DNA of 64,000 nucleotides from a plasmid: NCBI RefSeq assembly GCF_053078305.1, contig NZ_CP166875.1; one strand, 5' to 3'. Shown piece by piece: positions 57,132 to 64,000 of this stretch (position 1 is its first letter; each line of letters starts with the position of its first letter). The notes under the pieces were generated by a model. It saw only the letters and a program-made list of their open reading frames with translations, ran no database searches and was not told where the DNA came from. The position numbers and the translations under genes were made by a program.

Positions 57132-59330
57132 ATGAGTTTTAACGCAAAGGATATGACCCAGGGCGGTCAGATTGCGTCCATGCGTATCCGCATGTTCAGC
57201 CAGATCGCCAATATCATGCTTTACTGCCTGTTTATTTTTTTCTGGATCCTCGTTGGTCTGGTTTTATGGGTAAAAATAAGCTGGCAGACGTTTGTGAACG
57301 GCTGTATTTACTGGTGGTGCACCACGCTGGAAGGCATGCGGGATTTAATCAGGTCCCAGCCGGTCTATGAGATCCAGTATTACGGCAAAACCTTCCGGAT
57401 GAACGCGGCTCAGGTACTGCATGATAAATACATGATCTGGTGCGGTGAGCAGCTATGGTCTGCATTCGTTCTGGCGTCTGTCGTGGCCCTGGTTATCTGC
57501 CTGATCACCTTCTTTGTTGTCTCCTGGATTCTGGGGCGTCAGGGTAAACAGCAGAGTGAAAATGAAGTCACAGGTGGTCGTCAGCTGACTGACAATCCGA
57601 AAGAGGTTGCCAGGATGCTGAAAAAAGACGGCAAGGACTCCGATATCCGGATTGGCGATCTGCCGATTATCCGGGATTCTGAAATCCAGAATTTCTGTCT
57701 GCACGGCACGGTCGGGGCCGGTAAGTCGGAAGTTATCCGTCGTCTGGCCAACTACGCCCGTCAGCGCGGTGATATGGTGGTGATTTATGACCGATCAGGG
57801 GAATTTGTTAAAAGTTACTATGACCCGTCCATCGATAATATCCTGAATCCGCTGGATGCCCGCTGTGCCGCCTGGGATTTGTGGAAGGAGTGCCTGACAC
57901 AGCCGGATTTTGATAATACGGCAAATACCCTGATCCCGATGGGCACAAAAGAAGACCCGTTCTGGCAGGGCTCAGGACGCACCATTTTTGCGGAAGCGGC
58001 GTACCTGATGCGTAATGACCCCAACCGCAGCTACAGCAAACTGGTGGATACACTACTCTCCATCAAAATTGAAAAACTGCGTACCTTCCTGCGTAACTCA
58101 CCGGCGGCCAACCTGGTGGAAGAGAAAATCGAGAAAACGGCGATTTCCATCCGTGCTGTGCTGACCAACTACGTGAAAGCCATCCGTTACCTGCAGGGGA
58201 TTGAGCATAATGGTGAGTCCTTCACCATCCGTGACTGGATGCGGGGTGTCCGTGAAGATAAGAAAAACGGCTGGCTGTTTATTTCGTCGAATGCCGACAC
58301 CCATGCTTCCCTGAAACCGGTGATCTCCATGTGGCTGTCCATCGCCATTCGTGGCCTGATGGCGATGGGGGAGAACCGTAACCGTCGTGTGTGGTTCTTC
58401 TGTGATGAGTTACCCACGTTACACAAACTGCCGGACCTGGTGGAGATCCTGCCGGAAGCCCGTAAGTTCGGTGGCTGTTATGTGTTCGGTATCCAGTCCT
58501 ATGCCCAGCTGGAAGATATCTACGGTGAGAAATCGGCAGCCTCGCTGTTTGACGTCATGAACACCCGTGCCTTTTTCCGTTCCCCCAGCCATAAGATTGC
58601 AGAGTTCGCTGCCGGTGAAATTGGTGAGAAAGAGCACCTGAAAGCCAGCGAGCAGTATTCCTACGGTGCTGATCCGGTACGTGACGGGGTATCGACCGGT
58701 AAGGATATGGAGCGCCAGACGCTGGTCAGTTATTCCGACATTCAGTCTCTGCCGGATCTGACCTGTTATGTCACCCTGCCCGGACCGTATCCGGCAGTAA
58801 AACTCTCCCTGAAATATCAGGCACGACCGAAGGTTGCTCCGGAGTTTATTCCGCGTGACATCAATCCTGAAATGGAGAACCGTCTGAGTGCCGTACTTGC
58901 CGCAAGGGAAGCAGAAGGTCGTCAGATGGCCAGCCTCTTCGAACCGGATGTCCCGGAGGTTGTTTCCGGAGAAGACGTGACTCAGGCTGAACAGCCGCAA
59001 CAGCCGCAACAGCCGCAACAGCCGCAACAGCCGCAACAGCCGCAACAGCCGGTGTCTCCTGCCATCAACGATAAGAAGTCAGATGCAGGTGTGAATGTTC
59101 CGGCAGGGGGGATCGAGCAGGAGCTGAAAATGAAACCGGAAGAAGAGATGGAACAGCAACTGCCACCCGGGATCAGTGAATCCGGTGAAGTGGTGGATAT
59201 GGCCGTTTATGAGGCATGGCAACGGGAGCAGAATCCGGATATCCAGCAGCAGATGCAGCGCCGTGAAGAGGTGAATATCAACGTGCACCGGGAGCGCGGG
59301 GAGGATGTTGAGCCGGGAGATGATTTCTGA
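57132..59330 (+). CDS. traD: Type IV coupling protein TraD
   Basis: 732-aa ORF with Walker A (GTVGAGKS) and C-terminal QPQQP repeat tail. Confidence 0.95.
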   Translation: MSFNAKDMTQGGQIASMRIRMFSQIANIMLYCLFIFFWILVGLVLWVKISWQTFVNGCIYWWCTTLEGMRDLIRSQPVYEIQYYGKTFRMNAAQVLHDKYMIWCGEQLWSAFVLASVVALVICLITFFVVSWILGRQGKQQSENEVTGGRQLTDNPKEVARMLKKDGKDSDIRIGDLPIIRDSEIQNFCLHGTVGAGKSEVIRRLANYARQRGDMVVIYDRSGEFVKSYYDPSIDNILNPLDARCAAWDLWKECLTQPDFDNTANTLIPMGTKEDPFWQGSGRTIFAEAAYLMRNDPNRSYSKLVDTLLSIKIEKLRTFLRNSPAANLVEEKIEKTAISIRAVLTNYVKAIRYLQGIEHNGESFTIRDWMRGVREDKKNGWLFISSNADTHASLKPVISMWLSIAIRGLMAMGENRNRRVWFFCDELPTLHKLPDLVEILPEARKFGGCYVFGIQSYAQLEDIYGEKSAASLFDVMNTRAFFRSPSHKIAEFAAGEIGEKEHLKASEQYSYGADPVRDGVSTGKDMERQTLVSYSDIQSLPDLTCYVTLPGPYPAVKLSLKYQARPKVAPEFIPRDINPEMENRLSAVLAAREAEGRQMASLFEPDVPEVVSGEDVTQAEQPQQPQQPQQPQQPQQPQQPVSPAINDKKSDAGVNVPAGGIEQELKMKPEEEMEQQLPPGISESGEVVDMAVYEAWQREQNPDIQQQMQRREEVNINVHRERGEDVEPGDDF
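58985..59050 (+). repeat. Tandem CAGCCGCAA (QPQ) repeats within the traD 3' end
   Basis: cagccgcaacagccgcaacagccgcaacagccgcaacagccgcaacagccg read directly. Confidence 0.9.
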
Positions 59331-62300
59331 TGTTGAGTTTCAGCGTTGTTAAATCGGCAGGCAGTGCCGGAAACTATTACACCGACAAGGATAATTACTA
59401 TGTGCTGGGTAGCATGGGGGAACGCTGGGCGGGCAAGGGGGCTGAACAGCTTGGGCTGCAGGGCAGTGTTGATAAGGATGTCTTTACCCGTCTTCTGGAG
59501 GGGAAGCTGCCGGACGGGGCGGATTTAAGCCGTATGCAGGATGGCAGTAATAAGCATCGTCCCGGCTATGACCTGACCTTCTCCGCCCCCAAAAGTGTCT
59601 CCATGATGGCCATGTTAGGTGGCGATAAGCGCCTGATTGATGCACATAATCAGGCCGTGGATTTTGCTGTCCGTCAGGTGGAGGCGCTGGCTTCCACACG
59701 GGTGATGACGGACGGACAGTCAGAAACGGTACTGACCGGTAATCTGGTGATGGCACTCTTTAACCACGACACCAGTCGCGATCAGGACCCACAGTTACAC
59801 ACGCATGCGGTGGTGGCTAATGTCACGCAGCATAACGGCGAATGGAAGACACTGAGCAGTGATAAAGTGGGGAAAACCGGTTTTTCCGAGAACGTGCTCG
59901 CGAACCGTATTGCGTTCGGGAAAATATATCAGAGTGAGTTACGTCAGCGCGTTGAGGCGCTGGGCTATGAAACTGAAGTGGTGGGTAAGCACGGTATGTG
60001 GGAGATGCCGGGCGTACCGGTGGAGGCCTTTTCCGGACGCTCACAGGCTATCCGGGAGGCCGTCGGGGAAGACGCCTCGCTGAAATCCCGGGATGTGGCG
60101 GCACTGGATACGCGAAAATCCAAACAGCACGTCGATCCTGAAGTCAGAATGGCTGAATGGATGCAGACGCTGAAGGAAACCGGGTTCGACATCCGGGCGT
60201 ATCGTGACGCGGCAGACCAACGGGCGGAGACCCGCACGCAGACACCCGGACCCGCTTCACAGGACGGGCCGGATGTGCAGCAGGCGGTGACACAGGCCAT
60301 TGCCGGATTAAGTGAACGAAAAGTGCAGTTCACGTACACGGACGTGCTGGCCAGGACGGTCGGCATACTGCCGCCGGAAGCCGGTGTGATTGAGCGGGCG
60401 CGTGCCGGTATCGATGAGGCCATCAGCCGTGAGCAGCTTATCCCCCTCGACCGTGAGAAGGGGCTGTTCACGTCCGGGATTCATGTGCTCGATGAGCTGT
60501 CCGTCCGGGCACTCAGTCGTGACATCATGAAACAGAACCGGGTGACTGTACATCCGGAGAAAAGTGTTCCCCGGACGGCCGGTTACAGCGATGCGGTCAG
60601 TGTTCTGGCACAGGATCGCCCGTCGCTGGCCATTGTGTCCGGGCAGGGCGGTGCAGCCGGGCAGCGTGAGCGGGTGGCTGAACTGGTCATGATGGCCCGG
60701 GAGCAGGGGCGGGAGGTGCAGATTATTGCCGCTGACCGTCGCTCACAGATGAACCTGAAGCAGGATGAACGGCTGTCCGGTGAACTGATAACCGGACGTC
60801 GTCAGCTGCTGGAAGGCATGCCCTTCACGCCGGGCAGTACCGTTATCGTCGACCAGGGCGAAAAACTCTCCCTGAAAGAGACGTTAACCCTGCTGGACGG
60901 TGCCGCACGTCATAACGTACAGGTCCTGATAACCGACAGCGGGCAGCGAACCGGTACAGGCAGTGCGCTGATGGCCATGAAGGATGCCGGGGTGAACATA
61001 TATCGCTGGCAGGGGGGAGAGCAGCGACCGGCAACCATCATCTGTGAACCGGACCGTAATGTCCGCTATGCCCGGCTGGCCGGAGATTTTGCGGCCAGCG
61101 TGAAAGCCGGAGAAGAGAGCGTGGCACAGGTCAGCGGAGTACGGGAACAGGCCATACTGACACAGGCCATTCGCAGTGAACTGAAAACGCAGGGCGTACT
61201 CGGGCAGAGGGAGGTGACCATGACGGTGCTGTCACCGGTCTGGCTGGACAGCCGGAGTCGTTATCTGCGGGATATGTACCGCCCGGGGATGGTGATGGAG
61301 CAGTGGAACCCGGAGACACGCAGTCATGACCGCTATGTTATCGACCGGGTGACAGCGCAGAGTCACAGCCTGACCCTGCGGGATGCGCAGGGCGAAACGC
61401 AGGTGGTGCGTATATCCTCCCTGGACAGCAGCTGGTCGTTGTTCCGGCCGGAAAAAATACCGGTGGCAGACGGCGAGCGTCTGAGGGTGACAGGGAAAAT
61501 TCCCGGACTCCGCGTCTCCGGCGGTGACCGCCTGCAGGTGGCATCCGTCAGTGAAGATGCGATGACGGTTGTTGTGCCGGGGCGGGCTGAACCGGCCACC
61601 CTGCCTGTGAGCGATTCACCGTTCACGGCACTGAAGCTGGAGAGCGGCTGGGTGGAAACGCCCGGGCATTCCGTCAGTGACAGTGCGAAGGTTTTTGCCT
61701 CCGTCACACAGATGGCAATGGACAACGCCACCCTGAACGGTCTGGCCCGCAGCGGTCGTGATGTCCGGCTGTATTCCTCACTGGATGAAACCCGTACTGC
61801 GGAAAAACTTGCCCGTCACCCCTCCTTTACGGTGGTTTCTGAGCAGATAAAGGCGCGTGCCGGTGAGACATTGCTGGAAACCGCTATCAGTCTGCAGAAA
61901 GCCGGGCTTCACACGCCGGCACAGCAGGCCATTCATCTGGCCCTTCCTGTGCTGGAAAGTAAAAACCTGGCCTTCAGCATGGTGGACCTGCTGACAGAGG
62001 CGAAGTCGTTTGCTGCAGAAGGAACCAGTTTTACTGAACTGGGAGGGGAAATCAATGCGCAGATAAAACGCGGTGATTTGCTGTATGTGGATGTGGCAAA
62101 AGGCTATGGCACAGGCCTGCTGGTTTCCCGTGCGTCGTATGAGGCAGAAAAGAGCATTCTTCGCCATATTCTCGAAGGTAAGGAGGCGGTCACGCCGCTG
62201 ATGGAGAGGGTACCCGGCGAACTCATGGAGACACTGACGTCGGGGCAGCGTGCCGCCACCCGCATGATACTGGAAACGTCCGACCGTTTCACGGTGGTGC

Positions 62301-64000
62301 AGGGTTATGCCGGTGTGGGTAAGACCACACAGTTCCGGGCGGTGATGTCAGCCGTGAAGATGCTGCCGGAGAGTGAGCGTCCCCGTGTCGTGGGGCTGGG
62401 CCCCACGCACCGTGCGGTCGGTGAGATGCGCAGCGCCGGCGTGGATGCACAGACACTGGCATCCTTTCTGCATGACACGCAGCTGCAGCAGCGCAGCGGA
62501 GAAACGCCGGATTTCAGCAACACGCTGTTCCTGCTCGATGAGAGCTCTATGGTGGGCAATACCGACATGGCACGGGCATACGCCCTGATTGCGGCCGGTG
62601 GTGGTCGTGCCGTGGCCAGCGGTGACACGGACCAGCTGCAGGCTATCGCGCCCGGTCAGCCTTTCCGTCTCCAGCAGACGCGCAGTGCTGCCGATGTGGT
62701 CATCATGAAGGAGATTGTGCGTCAGACGCCGGAACTGCGGGAGGCGGTATACAGCCTGATTAACCGGGATGTGGAAAGGGCACTGTCCGGGCTTGAGAGT
62801 GTGAAACCGTCTCAGGTGCCACGTCAGGAGGGCGCATGGGCACCGGAGCACTCCGTGACGGAGTTCAGTCACAGCCAGGAAGCGAAACTGGCAGAAGCGC
62901 AGCAGAAGGCGATGCTGAAAGGCGAGGCTTTTCCGGATGTCCCCATGACACTGTATGAAGCCATTGTCCGCGACTATACCGGCAGAACACCGGAAGCACG
63001 GGAGCAGACGCTGATTGTCACGCACCTGAATGAGGACCGGCGCGTACTGAACAGCATGATTCATGATGTACGGGAAAAGGCCGGTGAGCTGGGGAAAGAG
63101 CAGGTCATGGTGCCTGTCCTGAACACAGCGAATATACGTGACGGAGAGCTGCGTCGTCTCTCCACCTGGGAGACACATCGGGACGCACTTGCCCTGGTGG
63201 ATAATGTGTATCACCGGATTGCCGGTATCAGTAAGGATGACGGGCTGATAACCCTGGAGGATGCGGAAGGTAACACGCGGCTGATTTCGCCCCGGGAGGC
63301 GGTGGCTGAAGGTGTCACACTGTACACCCCGGACACCATCCGGGTGGGGACCGGTGACCGGATGCGCTTCACGAAGAGTGACCGGGAGCGCGGCTATGTG
63401 GCCAACAGCGTCTGGACGGTGATGGCGGTTTCCGGTGACAGTGTCACGCTTTCTGACGGACAGCAGACCCGGGTGATTCGCCCCGGCCAGGAGCAGGCAG
63501 AGCAACATATTGACCTGGCCTATGCCATCACCGCTCACGGTGCGCAGGGGGCGAGTGAAACCTTTGCCATCGCGCTTGAAGGCACGGAAGGTAACCGGAA
63601 ACAGATGGCCGGCTTTGAGTCAGCCTATGTGGCCCTGTCGCGTATGAAGCAGCATGTGCAGGTGTACACCGATAACCGTCAGGGCTGGACGGATGCCATC
63701 AGCAAAGCCGTACAGAAAGGAACGGCCCATGATGTGCTGGAGCCGGGGGCTGACCGGGAGGTCATGAATGCAGAGCGGTTGTTCAGTACGGCACGGGAGC
63801 TGCGGGATGTGGCAGCTGGCCGTGCTGTTCTCCGCCAGGCGGGACTGGCCGGGGGCGACAGTCCGGCACGGTTTATTGCACCGGGGCGCAAATATCCGCA
63901 GCCGTATGTGGCCCTGCCGGCTTTTGACCGTAACGGCAAGTCCGCCGGTATCTGGCTGAACCCACTGACCACGGATGACGGAAACGGGCTGCGGGGATTC
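59330..64000 (+). CDS. traI: Relaxase/helicase TraI (partial; 3' end beyond window)
   Basis: Translation from ATG 59330 ([43 protein letters not shown]...) recognised as TraI; frame open to the window end. Confidence 0.93.
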   Translation, partial: MLSFSVVKSAGSAGNYYTDKDNYYVLGSMGERWAGKGAEQLGLQGSVDKDVFTRLLEGKLPDGADLSRMQDGSNKHRPGYDLTFSAPKSVSMMAMLGGDKRLIDAHNQAVDFAVRQVEALASTRVMTDGQSETVLTGNLVMALFNHDTSRDQDPQLHTHAVVANVTQHNGEWKTLSSDKVGKTGFSENVLANRIAFGKIYQSELRQRVEALGYETEVVGKHGMWEMPGVPVEAFSGRSQAIREAVGEDASLKSRDVAALDTRKSKQHVDPEVRMAEWMQTLKETGFDIRAYRDAADQRAETRTQTPGPASQDGPDVQQAVTQAIAGLSERKVQFTYTDVLARTVGILPPEAGVIERARAGIDEAISREQLIPLDREKGLFTSGIHVLDELSVRALSRDIMKQNRVTVHPEKSVPRTAGYSDAVSVLAQDRPSLAIVSGQGGAAGQRERVAELVMMAREQGREVQIIAADRRSQMNLKQDERLSGELITGRRQLLEGMPFTPGSTVIVDQGEKLSLKETLTLLDGAARHNVQVLITDSGQRTGTGSALMAMKDAGVNIYRWQGGEQRPATIICEPDRNVRYARLAGDFAASVKAGEESVAQVSGVREQAILTQAIRSELKTQGVLGQREVTMTVLSPVWLDSRSRYLRDMYRPGMVMEQWNPETRSHDRYVIDRVTAQSHSLTLRDAQGETQVVRISSLDSSWSLFRPEKIPVADGERLRVTGKIPGLRVSGGDRLQVASVSEDAMTVVVPGRAEPATLPVSDSPFTALKLESGWVETPGHSVSDSAKVFASVTQMAMDNATLNGLARSGRDVRLYSSLDETRTAEKLARHPSFTVVSEQIKARAGETLLETAISLQKAGLHTPAQQAIHLALPVLESKNLAFSMVDLLTEAKSFAAEGTSFTELGGEINAQIKRGDLLYVDVAKGYGTGLLVSRASYEAEKSILRHILEGKEAVTPLMERVPGELMETLTSGQRAATRMILETSDRFTVVQGYAGVGKTTQFRAVMSAVKMLPESERPRVVGLGPTHRAVGEMRSAGVDAQTLASFLHDTQLQQRSGETPDFSNTLFLLDESSMVGNTDMARAYALIAAGGGRAVASGDTDQLQAIAPGQPFRLQQTRSAADVVIMKEIVRQTPELREAVYSLINRDVERALSGLESVKPSQVPRQEGAWAPEHSVTEFSHSQEAKLAEAQQKAMLKGEAFPDVPMTLYEAIVRDYTGRTPEAREQTLIVTHLNEDRRVLNSMIHDVREKAGELGKEQVMVPVLNTANIRDGELRRLSTWETHRDALALVDNVYHRIAGISKDDGLITLEDAEGNTRLISPREAVAEGVTLYTPDTIRVGTGDRMRFTKSDRERGYVANSVWTVMAVSGDSVTLSDGQQTRVIRPGQEQAEQHIDLAYAITAHGAQGASETFAIALEGTEGNRKQMAGFESAYVALSRMKQHVQVYTDNRQGWTDAISKAVQKGTAHDVLEPGADREVMNAERLFSTARELRDVAAGRAVLRQAGLAGGDSPARFIAPGRKYPQPYVALPAFDRNGKSAGIWLNPLTTDDGNGLRGF

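Noticed and set aside
62348-63538. 396-aa minus-strand ORF inside traI (and similar antisense ORFs at 11443-12114, 18578-17841, 59965-60471)
   Set aside because: Typical GC-bias artefacts antisense to well-supported genes.

Overview
This window is a 64-kb segment of a large F-like (IncF, R100/pColBM-type) conjugative, colicinogenic plasmid. From left to right it contains: the right end of a Tn3-family transposon (tnpA 3' end plus terminal IR); a divergent two-gene operon of unknown function; a resD-type tyrosine-recombinase resolution module; a low-GC colicin B / colicin M island (cmi, cma, cbi, cba) with an SOS-box promoter; the parM/parR/parC (stbAB) partition cassette; a long leading region (orphan methyltransferases, ArdB/KlcA antirestriction, ssb, a ParB-like protein, psiB, psiA, hok/sok and many unknown ORFs) punctuated by three ~0.6-kb near-identical direct repeats plus one truncated copy that resemble single-strand promoter (Frpo/ssi-type) elements; orf169 (lytic transglycosylase); oriT with an R100-like nic region; and the tra operon from traM to the first ~1550 codons of traI. 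Most notable: traJ is split by an IS66-family element with a perfect 8-bp target duplication, and the tra operon carries non-canonical low-GC ORF blocks between traR-traC, traU-trbC and traT-traD, one of them marked by a duplicated traU 3' end with an expanded heptamer repeat. Gene identities come from reading the supplied translations against remembered protein families; no database search was run, so names are recognitions, not verified hits. The best candidates for an undescribed system are the uncharacterized leading-region operons and the tra-embedded cargo blocks.
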